Below are positions 9,084-19,134 of a stretch of 57,352 nt of DNA, in pieces. The notes under the pieces are model-generated. The model was given only the letters and a program-made list of their open reading frames with translations. It had not been told where the DNA came from and made no database searches. The translations under genes were made by a program, and so were the position numbers. This DNA is from Coriobacteriia bacterium. GTDB taxonomy: Bacteria; Actinomycetota; Coriobacteriia; Anaerosomatales; SLCP01. Position 1 is the first letter of the stretch. Every line of letters starts with the position of its first letter. Location: positions 1-57,352 of the forward strand of contig JAHYJI010000005.1 in assembly GCA_019429145.1 (NCBI GenBank), given 5' to 3'.

Positions 9084-10618
9084 GCGAGGCGCGCCTTCCG
9101 CTCTGCCTCATCGTCATGGATGGCTACGGTCTGGCCGAGCCGGGTCCGGCCAACGCGATCACCTCTGCGCGCACGCCCGAACTCGACGCTCTGTTCGAGA
9201 CCTATCCGCACACGCGTCTCTGCGCGTCAGGCGAGGCGGTCGGTCTGCCCGCGGGCCAGATGGGCAACTCGGAGGTCGGGCACCTCAACATCGGTGCCGG
9301 CCGCGTCGTCTACCAGGAGCTCACCCGCATACACAAGGCCATCGAGGACGGTTCGTTCTTCGCCAACGAAGTCTTAGATGGTGCCGTGGACGCGGCTGTG
9401 GCCAACGGGAAAGCCGTCCACTTCATGGGGCTGCTCTCCGACGGAGGCGTTCACAGTCACCGCGACCACCTCTATGCGCTCCTGCGTCTCGCGAAGCGCA
9501 GGGGAGCGACGCGCGTATTCGTGCACTGCTTCCTCGACGGTCGCGACGTGCCGCCCGACTCGGGGCTCCGCTTCATCGAGGAGCTCGAGACCTTTCTGGC
9601 GGAGGAGCAGGCCGGACACATCGCCAGCGTCACGGGCCGCTACTATGCGATGGACCGCGACAACCGCTGGGAGCGGGTCGAGAGAGCGTGGCGGGCCCTC
9701 GTACTCGGGGAGGGCGTCAACGCTCCGGGAGCCGTCCAGGCGGTGGCGCACTCCTACGCCGAGGGGGTGACCGATGAGTTCGTCGTTCCGGCGGTCGTCG
9801 TTGATGATGGCGTTCCTGTCGGCCCCGTGCAGGACGGCGACGCCGTGGTGTTCTTCAACTTCCGGCCCGACCGTGCCCGGGAGATCACCCGCGCGTTGGT
9901 CGATCCCGGGTTCGCCGGGTTCGAGCGGCCGGTGGCCCCGCAAACGCACTTCGTGTGCCTGACCGAGTACGACCCCTCGATTCCGGCGCCGGTCGCGTTT
10001 CCAAAGGACCTGCCGTGCTGCGTGTTGGCCGACGTGCTGTCCGAGGCGGGCCTGCGCCAGCTGCACATCGCGGAGACCGAGAAGTACGCGCACGTCACCT
10101 TCTTCCTGAACGGGGGGGCCGAGAAGCCCAAGGAGGGCGAGGAGCGGATACTGATCCCGAGCCCGAGGGTGGCCACCTACGATCTCAAGCCCGAGATGAG
10201 TGCGATCGAGGTGACCGACGAGCTCGTCGGCGCCATCGGGGCGGGCCGGGCCGACGTCTACATCGTGAACTACGCGAACTGCGACATGGTCGGGCACACG
10301 GGCATCTTCGATGCCGCCGTCACCGCCGTCGAAGCAGTGGACGGCTGTATAGGACGCGTCGTCCGGGCGGTCCGAGAACGTGGAGGCGTCGCCCTGGTGA
10401 CCGCCGACCACGGGAACGCAGAGCAGATGACCGAGTCGGACGGGGTCAGTCCGTTCACCGCCCATACCCCTGCGGATGTGCCACTGATCGTGGTAGACGA
10501 GCAGGTCGCCGCGTTGGCCGAGGGCGGGATCCTCGCCGATGTCGCGCCGACGGTCGTGGCTCTGTTGGGGATCGAGTCGCCGCCGGAGTGGACGGGACGA
10601 AGCCTCCTGCTATACTAA
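9080..10618 (+). CDS. gpmI: 2,3-bisphosphoglycerate-independent phosphoglycerate mutase
   Basis: GQMGNSEVGH, GRYYAMDRD, ETEKYAHVTFF, DMVGHTG, TADHGN. Confidence 0.97.
   Translation: MSEARLPLCLIVMDGYGLAEPGPANAITSARTPELDALFETYPHTRLCASGEAVGLPAGQMGNSEVGHLNIGAGRVVYQELTRIHKAIEDGSFFANEVLDGAVDAAVANGKAVHFMGLLSDGGVHSHRDHLYALLRLAKRRGATRVFVHCFLDGRDVPPDSGLRFIEELETFLAEEQAGHIASVTGRYYAMDRDNRWERVERAWRALVLGEGVNAPGAVQAVAHSYAEGVTDEFVVPAVVVDDGVPVGPVQDGDAVVFFNFRPDRAREITRALVDPGFAGFERPVAPQTHFVCLTEYDPSIPAPVAFPKDLPCCVLADVLSEAGLRQLHIAETEKYAHVTFFLNGGAEKPKEGEERILIPSPRVATYDLKPEMSAIEVTDELVGAIGAGRADVYIVNYANCDMVGHTGIFDAAVTAVEAVDGCIGRVVRAVRERGGVALVTADHGNAEQMTESDGVSPFTAHTPADVPLIVVDEQVAALAEGGILADVAPTVVALLGIESPPEWTGRSLLLY
10608..10616 (+). 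promoter_or_regulatory. Extended -10 promoter (TGcTATACT) for secG
   Basis: TGn-TATACT overlapping the gpmI 3' end, ~50 bp before secG. Confidence 0.45.
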
Positions 10619-10666
10619 AGGGCCGTGTGGCCGACCCGGCCCGGGATCACGTAAGGAGAATCGCTG

Positions 10667-10912
10667 GTGAACGTGTTTGTTGGCTTCCTTCTGCTGATAC
10701 ACGTGCTCGCGTCAGTCGGGCTCGTCGTACTCATCCTTCTGCACTCCGGCAAGGGGACGGGCGTCTCCTCGATGTTCTCGGGCATGATGTCACCGACCTC
10801 GACCGGTACCGGCATCATCGAGAAGAACCTCGACCGCTTCACCATCATCGCCGCGGGTACGTTTGCGGTGACCACACTGCTTCTCATGGTCACATACTCT
10901 CCCGGCGGTTAG
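10667..10912 (+). CDS. secG: Preprotein translocase subunit SecG
   Basis: ILLHSGKGTG...EKNLDRFT, two TM helices; position after the glycolytic genes; AAGGAG RBS. Confidence 0.92.
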   Translation: MNVFVGFLLLIHVLASVGLVVLILLHSGKGTGVSSMFSGMMSPTSTGTGIIEKNLDRFTIIAAGTFAVTTLLLMVTYSPGG

Positions 10913-10944
10913 CGACTGCGAGGAATCACATCTGCGCGTATCTG

Positions 10945-10977
10945 AGGGCGGGACGTACTCATGTACCCGCCCTTTTT
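10945..10977 (+). terminator. Rho-independent terminator after secG
   Basis: AGGGCGGG...CCCGCCCT stem followed by TTTT. Confidence 0.75.
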
Positions 10978-11172
10978 GCTGCGCATACGCCATTTCGCCT
11001 CGGGTCCGCGACACTTGCCATCGAGGGCGAACAGGTGGACACTTGATGCGTTGCCGCGTGCGGTTATGCGGCGTGCGCGACCACGGACGCTCCGGAAGAT
11101 GCGGGGAGGTCGCCCTCGTTGGTTCGGGGCTGTGGTCGATGCGACCGTTCGACGTTGGAAGGAGGCACTACG

Positions 11173-12828
11173 TTGTCAGAGAGATTGCGCAAGTCGATCG
11201 CGCTTCTCCTGGTCTTCGGACTCGCGTTCACAGTGCTCGGTTTGGCTGGGTGCGGCGGGGCCGACGAGGAGGAGCCGGAACCCGGCGAACCGGTAGCCGA
11301 GGGGCCATTTGAGGGTGGGACCTTCAACTTCTACATCTCCGAGCCCGCCTTCATCGATCCCGTCAACCTGCAGGAGTCGGAGGGCACCCAGGTCGGCCAG
11401 GCGCTCTTCGACAGCCTCGTGACCTTCGATCCGGTCTCCATGGAGGTCCAGTCGGCAGCAGCCGAGACGTGGGAATCGAACGACGACGCTACGGTGTGGA
11501 CGTTCAACCTCGTCGAGGGTGCGAAGTTCCACAACGGCCGCGACGTGACCGCTGAGGACTTCAAGTATGCGTGGGAGCGCATCGCGAACCCCGAGAACGA
11601 GTCCGAGATCTCGTATCACCTCTCGGCCGTCAAGGGCTTCGACGAGATGCAGGACGGTTCTGCAACCGAGCTCGAGGGCGTCGTCGCGGTCGATGACTAC
11701 ACGCTCGAGGTCACGCTGAACTACGCGTTTGCCGACTTCGAGTACGTCGTCGGCCACCCCGCACTCGCTCCCGTTCCGGCCGAGGAAGTAGAGGCCGGAG
11801 ACTTCGGCGAGATGCCGATCGGTAACGGTCCGTTCAAGATGAGCGAGCCGTGGGCGCACGATCAGTACATCAAGGTCGAGAAGTTCGACGATTACTACGG
11901 CGATGCACCCTACATCGACGGCGTCGAATTCAAGATCCTTGCCGACCAGGACACCGCTTTCCTGGAGTTCCAGGCCGGCAACGTCGACTTCGTGCCGATC
12001 CCCACCGGCCAGATCCAGTCGACCATCGACCAGTACGGTGAGAGCCCGGACGGCTACACCTCCAACCCGGGCGAGCAGGTCGTGCTCGGTGGCGAGCTTG
12101 CCGTGTACTACATGCTCATGAACAACACGGATGAAGTCCTGAGCGACCCGCTCGTTCGGCAGGCACTCTCGCTTGCCATCGATCGTCAGGCCATCTGCGA
12201 CACCGTGTTCGAGGGAACCCGTTCGCCTGCAACCGGTATCGTTCCGGAGGGCATCTTCGGCTTCCAGGATGATGCGTGGCCCTACTCGAAGTACGACGTC
12301 GAGGCGGCCAAGGCCAAGCTCGTTGAGGCCGGCTATCCCGATGGCGAGGGTCTGCCCACCATCACGCTTCAGTTCAACAGCGGATCGGGCCACGAGGACA
12401 TCATCCAGCTGATCCAGCAGGACTTCGCCGCCATCGGCGTCGAGGCCGACCTGGCCGGCATGGAGTGGGCTCAGTACCTCGACATGCTTTCCGAGGGTAC
12501 GTACCAGATGGGTCGTCTGGGCTGGATCGCCGACTACCCGATCATGGACAACTTCCTCTACCCGCTCTTCAAGTCCGGCAGTGCCGACAACTACGCGCTG
12601 TACGAGAACTCTGACGTCGACGCCCTCCTCGAAGAGGCACGCGTCACGACCGACGATGACGAGCGCGTCGCGGCATACCGCGAGATCGAGAAGATGATCG
12701 GTGAAGAGGCTGCTGTCGCCCCGGTCATGTTCTACCGTCACACCCGCGTTGCGTCCGATCGTGTGAACGACGGTGTCTACAGCGCCAACGGACTCTACGA
12801 TTTCCAGAGGGTCTGGCTGGAGCAGTAG
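11173..12828 (+). CDS. oppA: Oligopeptide/dipeptide ABC transporter substrate-binding lipoprotein (family 5)
   Basis: Lipobox LAGC; family-5 signature (AETWESNDDATVWTFNLVEGAKFHNG); GNGPF; very acidic. TTG start after GGAGG. Confidence 0.9.
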   Translation: MSERLRKSIALLLVFGLAFTVLGLAGCGGADEEEPEPGEPVAEGPFEGGTFNFYISEPAFIDPVNLQESEGTQVGQALFDSLVTFDPVSMEVQSAAAETWESNDDATVWTFNLVEGAKFHNGRDVTAEDFKYAWERIANPENESEISYHLSAVKGFDEMQDGSATELEGVVAVDDYTLEVTLNYAFADFEYVVGHPALAPVPAEEVEAGDFGEMPIGNGPFKMSEPWAHDQYIKVEKFDDYYGDAPYIDGVEFKILADQDTAFLEFQAGNVDFVPIPTGQIQSTIDQYGESPDGYTSNPGEQVVLGGELAVYYMLMNNTDEVLSDPLVRQALSLAIDRQAICDTVFEGTRSPATGIVPEGIFGFQDDAWPYSKYDVEAAKAKLVEAGYPDGEGLPTITLQFNSGSGHEDIIQLIQQDFAAIGVEADLAGMEWAQYLDMLSEGTYQMGRLGWIADYPIMDNFLYPLFKSGSADNYALYENSDVDALLEEARVTTDDDERVAAYREIEKMIGEEAAVAPVMFYRHTRVASDRVNDGVYSANGLYDFQRVWLEQ

Positions 12829-12859
12829 TACTGGATCAGAGCCTTACAGATGTGAAACA

Positions 12860-12893
12860 GGTGCCGGGACGCCCGTCCGGGCGTCCCGGCACC
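12860..12893 (+). repeat. Perfect 15-bp inverted repeat (intercistronic stem-loop)
   Basis: GGTGCCGGGACGCCC-gtcc-GGGCGTCCCGGCACC between the SBP and permease genes; no U-tract. Confidence 0.85.
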
Positions 12894-12939
12894 GCACCTC
12901 TGGCACCTATCCTCTGACCCGAGGGCGAAACGGATTCCG

Positions 12940-13917
12940 ATGTTCAAGTACGTAGTCCGGCGCGTGTTCCAGATGATCCCGGTGTTCATCGGCGTGACCC
13001 TGATCCTGTTCATCCTGCGGGCGCCGGGGGTGCTGCCGGGCGACCCGGTGCGCATGATCACCGGCGAGCGCGGCATGACCGATGCCCTGCGTCAGCAGAT
13101 CATCGAGAAGCACGGTCTCGACCAGCCGCTGCACCGACAGTACGTCATCTATCTCGGCAATCTCCTTCAGGGCGACCTCGGCGAGTCGTATCAGCGCGGT
13201 CGGGCCGTGACCGAGATCTTCGCCGACAAACTCCCTAACACCCTGCGGCTCGCGCTCGCCGCCATCGTCATCGAGGGGATCGTCGGCGTGACCGCGGGTA
13301 TCATCTCTGCGGTCCGACAATACTCATTCCTCGATGTCCTCGTAACGCTTTCAACATCCATACTCGTGTCGGTGCCGGTGTTCTGGCTCGGCATGCTGTT
13401 TCAGATCTTCTTCGGCATCAAGCTGAAAGAGTGGACAGGTGGTGCGTTCTACCTGCCCATCTCGCAGATGTCATCGGCCCAGTTCCCCGACTGGGCCCAC
13501 ATGATCCTTCCGGCCATAACCCTGGCCTCCGTCTCTACGGCGTACGTGGCGCGTATCATGCGCAGCCAGATGCTTGAGGCGATGGGGCAGGACTACATAC
13601 GGACCGCCGAAGCCAAGGGTCTCACGCGTCGCGCGGTCACCTTCCGCCATGCGCTGAAAAACGCGCTCATCCCCGTGGTCACCTTCGTGGGCATCGACTT
13701 CGGTGTGATGATGGGCGGCGCGATTCTTACCGAGACGGTCTTCAGCTGGCCCGGAGTGGGTCGCGAGATCTTCCTCGCCGTAGGACAGCGTGACTGGCCG
13801 ATCGTCATGGGTGGGGTCGTGATCATCGTGTTCCTCGTGATGATCATCAACCTGCTGGTCGACCTCAGTTACGCGCTCCTCGATCCTCGGATCAGGTACG
13901 GGGGTGGTCCGGAGTGA
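12940..13917 (+). CDS. oppB: Peptide ABC transporter permease
   Basis: PGDP, GDLGESY, EAA-loop DYIRTAEAKGL...HALKNA, ETVFSWPGVG. Confidence 0.92.
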   Translation: MFKYVVRRVFQMIPVFIGVTLILFILRAPGVLPGDPVRMITGERGMTDALRQQIIEKHGLDQPLHRQYVIYLGNLLQGDLGESYQRGRAVTEIFADKLPNTLRLALAAIVIEGIVGVTAGIISAVRQYSFLDVLVTLSTSILVSVPVFWLGMLFQIFFGIKLKEWTGGAFYLPISQMSSAQFPDWAHMILPAITLASVSTAYVARIMRSQMLEAMGQDYIRTAEAKGLTRRAVTFRHALKNALIPVVTFVGIDFGVMMGGAILTETVFSWPGVGREIFLAVGQRDWPIVMGGVVIIVFLVMIINLLVDLSYALLDPRIRYGGGPE

Positions 13918-14900
13918 CCGACAGACACGGCGCCTCACCACCCCACGGGACCAACGGCCCGACAGATGTTGACGGCCACGAGGTCCGGCACGAAGGCACG
14001 ACGCTACCTACGCTCCCTGGCGGCCTGCACGAGACTACGACGAGCCGCACGCTCTGGGGCGATGCCTGGCGGCGTCTGCGCAGGAACAAGCTCGCCACCG
14101 CGGGGCTCATCTGGATCGCCCTCGTCGTGGCGATGACGATCACCGCCGATCTCTGGGTGCCTCCGACCTTCGGAGACCCCCTCTCGGTGAACACCACGCC
14201 CGGCGCCAACCTGCAGCCGCCCTCGCTCGAGCACCCCTTCGGAACCGACAAGCTCGGCCGCGACGTGTTCTCGCGGGTGGTCTACGGGGCCCGGGTGTCG
14301 CTCACCGTCGGCCTTCTCGCCGTCTCGATATCGCTCGTCATAGGCCTGCTGATGGGTGCGTTATCCGGATACTACAGCGGGCTTCTTGACGCTTTCGTGA
14401 TGCGAACCGCCGACGTGTTCTTCGCGTTCCCGTACATCCTCTTTGCGATCTCGCTGATCGCAGTACTCGGGCCGAGCTATCGCAACGTCTTCATCGCCAT
14501 CGGCATCCTCGGATGGCCGAGCATCGCGCGTGTGTTCAGGAGTTCGATCTTCTCGGTCAAGGAGAACGAGTACGTCGATGCGGCTCGCGCGATGGGTGCC
14601 TCGGACATGCGCATCATGTTCCGGCACATCATGCCCAATGCTATCGCCCCGATCATCGTCTACGGCACGATGAGCATCGGAGGCGCGATCATCACCGAGG
14701 CCGCACTTTCCTTCCTCGGGATGGGCGTACAGCCGCCGACACCGTCGTGGGGGCTGATGCTCTCTGACGCCAAGTCGCTGATGTTCGCGGCACCGTGGCT
14801 CACCATCTGGCCCGGCTTCGCGATCCTGACCACCGTGCTCGCGTTCGTCCTCATGGGGGACGGCATGCGCGACGCCCTCGACGTCAAGATGAAGGACTGA
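13914..14900 (+). CDS. oppC: Peptide ABC transporter permease
   Basis: HPFGTDKLGRD, EYVDAARAMGAS, EAALSFLG, PSWG, GDGMRDALD. Confidence 0.92.
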   Translation: MTDRHGASPPHGTNGPTDVDGHEVRHEGTTLPTLPGGLHETTTSRTLWGDAWRRLRRNKLATAGLIWIALVVAMTITADLWVPPTFGDPLSVNTTPGANLQPPSLEHPFGTDKLGRDVFSRVVYGARVSLTVGLLAVSISLVIGLLMGALSGYYSGLLDAFVMRTADVFFAFPYILFAISLIAVLGPSYRNVFIAIGILGWPSIARVFRSSIFSVKENEYVDAARAMGASDMRIMFRHIMPNAIAPIIVYGTMSIGGAIITEAALSFLGMGVQPPTPSWGLMLSDAKSLMFAAPWLTIWPGFAILTTVLAFVLMGDGMRDALDVKMKD

Positions 14901-14904
14901 CCCG

Positions 14905-15921
14905 ATGTCGGCACTCCTCGAGGTAAGAGACCTCGCCACCCAATTCACCACTCGCGACGGCATCGTTCGCGCCGTTGACGGCGTCTCGTTCACCCTCGAT
15001 TGCGGTGAGACTCTGGCCATCGTAGGGGAGTCCGGCTCCGGCAAGTCGGTGACGGCGCTTTCGATCATGCGGCTCATCCAGGAGCCGCAGGGCAAGGTCG
15101 TCTCCGGCCAGGTGCTCTTCAAGGGCGATGACATCCTCAAGCTGAGCGATTCGAAGGTGCGTGCGATCCGGGGCGACCGTATCGCGATGATCTTCCAGGA
15201 CCCGATGACCTCGCTGAACCCGGTCTTCAGGGTCGGGCGCCAGATCGGCGAGTCGCTCATCCTGCACAAAGGCATGAGCCGCAAGGAGGCGTTCGAGCGG
15301 GCGGTCGAGCTGCTCGACATGGTCGGCATCCCGCATCCCCGAGACCGTGCGAGGGACTACCCGCACCAGTTCTCGGGAGGCATGCGGCAGCGCGCGATGA
15401 TCGCCATGGCACTCGCGTGCGATCCCGACATCCTCATCGCCGATGAGCCCACGACGGCGCTCGACGTCACTATCCAGGCGCAGATCCTCGAGCTGATGAT
15501 CGAGATGCAGGAGCGCACCGGGGCCGCGATCATCATGATCACGCACGATCTCGGGGTGGTCGCGGACATGGCCGACGACGTCATGGTCATGTACGCGGGC
15601 AAGCAGGTCGAGTACGGGAAGGCCGATGGTGTCTTCTACACTCCAAGGCACCCCTACACCTGGGGCCTGCTCGACAGCCTTCCGCGTCACGACATCGACG
15701 AGAAGGGCGCCCTGCTCCCCATCACCGGCCAGCCCCCGAGCCTCATCAACGTCCCGGCGGGATGCGCGTTCCACCCTCGCTGTCCGTACGCCAAGGACGT
15801 CTGCACGACCGGGACGCCGGTTCTCACCGACGTCGGCGAGGGGCATCTCGCCGCATGCCACTTCTCGAATGATCCGGAGTTCCAACGCCGCGCTTCCCAG
15901 CACCCGGGAGAGGTGGCCTAG
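14905..15921 (+). CDS. oppD: Peptide ABC transporter ATP-binding protein
   Basis: [25 protein letters not shown]-terminal Cys-rich oligoHPY (GCAFHPRCP...C...ACH). Confidence 0.93.
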   Translation: MSALLEVRDLATQFTTRDGIVRAVDGVSFTLDCGETLAIVGESGSGKSVTALSIMRLIQEPQGKVVSGQVLFKGDDILKLSDSKVRAIRGDRIAMIFQDPMTSLNPVFRVGRQIGESLILHKGMSRKEAFERAVELLDMVGIPHPRDRARDYPHQFSGGMRQRAMIAMALACDPDILIADEPTTALDVTIQAQILELMIEMQERTGAAIIMITHDLGVVADMADDVMVMYAGKQVEYGKADGVFYTPRHPYTWGLLDSLPRHDIDEKGALLPITGQPPSLINVPAGCAFHPRCPYAKDVCTTGTPVLTDVGEGHLAACHFSNDPEFQRRASQHPGEVA

Positions 15922-16977
15922 GTGAGCGAGCTGCTGCGCGTCGATAACCTCGTGAAGTACTTCCCGGTCGAACAGGGCGTACTCAGCAGTCGCCTCGGCC
16001 GCAAGGTGCACGCCGTCGACGACGTGTCGTTCAGCGTCAACTCCGGCGAGACGCTCGGACTGGTTGGCGAGTCGGGATGCGGGAAGTCAACGACCGGCCG
16101 GTGCGTCATCAGGCTCCTGGAGTCCACGTCAGGGTCGATCACATTCGACGGCGCCGACGTGAGAACCATGAAGCGCTCCGCACTGAAGGCCTTCCGCCGC
16201 GACGTCCAGATCATCTTCCAGGACCCCTACGCCTCGCTGAACCCCCGCATGACGATCGGCGAGATCGTGTGGGAGCCGCTCGTCGTGCACAACATCGGCG
16301 ACCGGACGACGCGCCGCACGCGCGTCAAGGAACTCCTTGAGGTCGTGGGGTTGAACCCCGAGCACATCAACCGCTACCCGCACGAGTTCTCCGGCGGCCA
16401 GCGCCAGCGTATCGGCATCGCGCGGGCGCTCGCTCTGCAGCCGAGGCTGATCGTCTGCGACGAGCCGGTGTCCGCACTCGACGTCTCGATCCAGGCGCAG
16501 GTCGTCAACTTGCTCGACGAGCTTCAGGACACCTTCGGGCTGACGTACCTCTTCATCGCACACGACCTGTCGGTGGTCCGTCACATCTCCGACCGCGTCG
16601 CGGTCATGTACCTCGGCAAGATCGTCGAGATGAGCGACTGGAAGGGCCTCTACGACCGGCCCCATCACCCGTACACGCAGTCGTTGCTCTCCGCCGTGCC
16701 CGTTCCCGACCCGGCCAAGCAGCGTACCCGCGAACGGATCATCCTCAAAGGTGACGTGCCGAGTCCGATCGAGCCGCCCACGGGGTGCCGTTTCCACACA
16801 CGCTGTCCGATCGCGCAGTTCCCGAAGTGCCGGGACGAGGAGCCACAGCTGCTGGAGGTCTCCACGGGACACGCAGCCGCGTGTCACTTCGCCAAGCCGT
16901 TCCCCATCGCGCTGGACTCCGTCTGCGGTCAGCCGGTGCCTTCCGCTGCCGTCGTGTCCGGGTCCGATGAGGCCTGA
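15922..16977 (+). CDS. oppF: Peptide ABC transporter ATP-binding protein
   Basis: [38 protein letters not shown]. Confidence 0.93.
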   Translation: MSELLRVDNLVKYFPVEQGVLSSRLGRKVHAVDDVSFSVNSGETLGLVGESGCGKSTTGRCVIRLLESTSGSITFDGADVRTMKRSALKAFRRDVQIIFQDPYASLNPRMTIGEIVWEPLVVHNIGDRTTRRTRVKELLEVVGLNPEHINRYPHEFSGGQRQRIGIARALALQPRLIVCDEPVSALDVSIQAQVVNLLDELQDTFGLTYLFIAHDLSVVRHISDRVAVMYLGKIVEMSDWKGLYDRPHHPYTQSLLSAVPVPDPAKQRTRERIILKGDVPSPIEPPTGCRFHTRCPIAQFPKCRDEEPQLLEVSTGHAAACHFAKPFPIALDSVCGQPVPSAAVVSGSDEA

Positions 16978-17446
16978 CCCGACCGAGAGGATCGACGGCC
17001 GGGCGGTGACCGTCTGGCGTCTCGCCGGAGCGCTCGGCGCTCTGATCGTGGTTGCTGCAGCCGGCGTCGCGATCGGGTTGTCCGCGGCGGGCGTGCTTCC
17101 GGCCTTCGTGGCCGCGACAGCCGCGGCTGTCGCCATCGTCGCCTCTGTGCTGATCGTCGGCGTGGTGCCGAAGGTCCGCTGGCTGCGCTGGCGCTACGAG
17201 GTCAGCGAGAGCGAGGTCTACCTCCGCCACGGGCTGATCGTTCGCAAGCGCGTGTTGATACCGATGACGCGGGTACAGCACGTCGACACTACCGCCGGGC
17301 CGCTCCTGAGGGCGTTCGGCCTGTCCTCGGTCACGGTGGCCACGGCCGGCGGCGAACACGAGATCCCCGCGCTCTCGGACGAGGTCGCCGATCGCCTGCG
17401 CGATCGCATCGCGGCACTCGCCCGGGTGACCGAAGATGTGGTCTGA
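16967..17446 (+). CDS. Bacterial PH-domain membrane protein (YdbS-like)
   Basis: Two TM helices then WRYEV...HGLI...[23 protein letters not shown] 16967 overlaps the oppF end. Confidence 0.85.
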   Translation: MRPDPTERIDGRAVTVWRLAGALGALIVVAAAGVAIGLSAAGVLPAFVAATAAAVAIVASVLIVGVVPKVRWLRWRYEVSESEVYLRHGLIVRKRVLIPMTRVQHVDTTAGPLLRAFGLSSVTVATAGGEHEIPALSDEVADRLRDRIAALARVTEDVV

Positions 17447-18932
17447 TCCCCGCAGAGCGCATCCGGCCGGCGTCCTCGTCACCTCCTTGCGGTACGTAGG
17501 CGCGCTCGTGGCTCCGGTCACGGGTGGATTCTTCGCGATCGCGGCTGTGTTGGAGGATGCACGCGCTGCGTTGGGCAGCTTCCTGATCGTTCTCGGCGTC
17601 ATCTTCGCCGGTGTTCTTGCGATCCTGCTCGCATGGGTGCACTGGTATCGCTTCACGTACCAGGTCGCCGATGACGGCTCGCTACGCGTGGAGCACGGGT
17701 TGCTCATCCGTAAGAGCACCCGGCTGTCTCCCGAGCGCGTCCAGTCCGTCGACACCAAGGCCAACCTGCTCTTTCGCGTGCTCGGACTGGTAACGGTCGA
17801 CATCCATACTGCCGGACGAGGGCAGGAGCCCGAGGTGTCCATCGCCGCGATGACCGAGGAGGATGCTCGCGATCTCGCAGCGGCGCTGCGGCCGGCGTCC
17901 CGTGGCCAGGCGGTCACCGAGGCCGCAGCCGATGCGGCGGAGGAGCCTCCGCAGGGTCCGAGGTGGCGTCTCACCGGAAGCGAGCTGGCTCTGGTGGCCG
18001 TCACGTCGAGCGCCGGACTCATCGCGCTCGCTGCGCTGGCGCCGCTCATCGCCGCGCTCGTGTCGATGCTCCCGGAGAGCGCGTTCGACGTTGAGATCGT
18101 CGCCCCGTCGGGCACGGTCATCGCGGCTGTGGCCGGGGGAGCGCTGGTGCTGCTCGTCGCCGCCTGGGTGGTGGGGAGTGTCGCGACGGCACTGCAGTTC
18201 TGGGACTTCCTCGTGGTCCGAAGCGGCGGTGAGGTCCGGGTCGAGCGGGGGCTGCTTCAGCGCAACACCCGAAACGTGCCGCTCGACCGGGTCCAGGCCG
18301 TCCGGTACACGGAAGGCCTGCTCCGTCAGGCGATCGGGCGGGTCACGGTGGGGGTCGACGCCGCCGGGATCGGTGCGGGGGGCGAACTCGGCCCGACGGT
18401 GCTCCACCCGCTGCTCACTGCGGCTGAAGCGCGGCGATTTGGAGAGGTGATGGTGCCGGGGCACTCTACGCCGGGAATACGCTCCGTACCCCGGCGCGCC
18501 CTGCGCCGCTACGTGTTCCGCTCGACGGTCCTTCCGTTGTTGCCGAGTCTGGTCGTCGCCTGGTTCGTGCCATACGGGTGGGCCGCGCTGACGATCCCGT
18601 GTGTTGCGGCGGCATGGGGAGTCTGGGTGTACCGCGATGCCGGATGGGGCGTGTCCGGCGAGGTGCTTGCCATCAGGTGGCGCAGTGTCGCCCGCACGAC
18701 CGCGCTCGTACGGCGCAGCCGGGTACAGTCCGTCTCGGTCAGCCAGCATCCGCTGCAGAAGATCGCCGGGCTTGCGACACTGTCCGTCCGCGTCGCTGCA
18801 AGTCCTGCAAACGCCACGTTCACCGTTCGCCACGTGGACGAGACGGACGCCCTGGGTGCGCTCGAGTGGGTCTCCGGGGGGACGCAGCGGCGGGGCGAGC
18901 CGGACCCCGGAGTGCCTATCGAGGCCGTGTAG
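17436..18932 (+). CDS. Bacterial PH-domain membrane protein (YdbT-like)
   Basis: Three repeated bPH_2 units (RVQSVD, RVQAVR, RVQSVS) separated by TM pairs; paired with the YdbS-like gene. Confidence 0.85.
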   Translation: MWSDPRRAHPAGVLVTSLRYVGALVAPVTGGFFAIAAVLEDARAALGSFLIVLGVIFAGVLAILLAWVHWYRFTYQVADDGSLRVEHGLLIRKSTRLSPERVQSVDTKANLLFRVLGLVTVDIHTAGRGQEPEVSIAAMTEEDARDLAAALRPASRGQAVTEAAADAAEEPPQGPRWRLTGSELALVAVTSSAGLIALAALAPLIAALVSMLPESAFDVEIVAPSGTVIAAVAGGALVLLVAAWVVGSVATALQFWDFLVVRSGGEVRVERGLLQRNTRNVPLDRVQAVRYTEGLLRQAIGRVTVGVDAAGIGAGGELGPTVLHPLLTAAEARRFGEVMVPGHSTPGIRSVPRRALRRYVFRSTVLPLLPSLVVAWFVPYGWAALTIPCVAAAWGVWVYRDAGWGVSGEVLAIRWRSVARTTALVRRSRVQSVSVSQHPLQKIAGLATLSVRVAASPANATFTVRHVDETDALGALEWVSGGTQRRGEPDPGVPIEAV

Positions 18933-18988
18933 CGCGCCCGAAACGAGTACGCTATACTGTCGTCCGTCGCGCTCACGGGTGCGGAGAT

Positions 18989-19074
18989 GTCCGAGTGGCG
19001 GAATGGCAGACGCGCTAGGTTGAGGGCCTAGTGTCCCTAGGGACGTGCGAGTTCAACTCTCGCCTCGGACACCA
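18989..19074 (+). tRNA. tRNA-Leu(GAG)
   Basis: Acceptor GTCCGAG/CTCGGAC-ACCA, anticodon arm CTAGG-TTGAGGG-CCTAG, long variable arm, GTTCAA T-loop; TATACT at 18953-18958. Confidence 0.95.
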
Positions 19075-19084
19075 ACGAATGAAC

Positions 19085-19115
19085 AGCGGCCCTTCCCGAG
19101 TCGGGGAGGGCCGCT
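19085..19115. terminator. Hairpin between convergent tRNA-Leu and ABC1 kinase (probable bidirectional terminator)
   Basis: AGCGGCCCTTCCC...GGGGAGGGCCGCT stem. Confidence 0.65.
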
Positions 19116-19134
19116 TGCTGTGCTCGCCGTGCGC

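Noticed and set aside
6048-10912. Absence of eno from the glycolytic operon
   Set aside because: eno is commonly located elsewhere; not informative.
18989-19074. tRNA-Leu as an integration site
   Set aside because: I found no repeat of its 3' end in the window, and the downstream genes are host-like.
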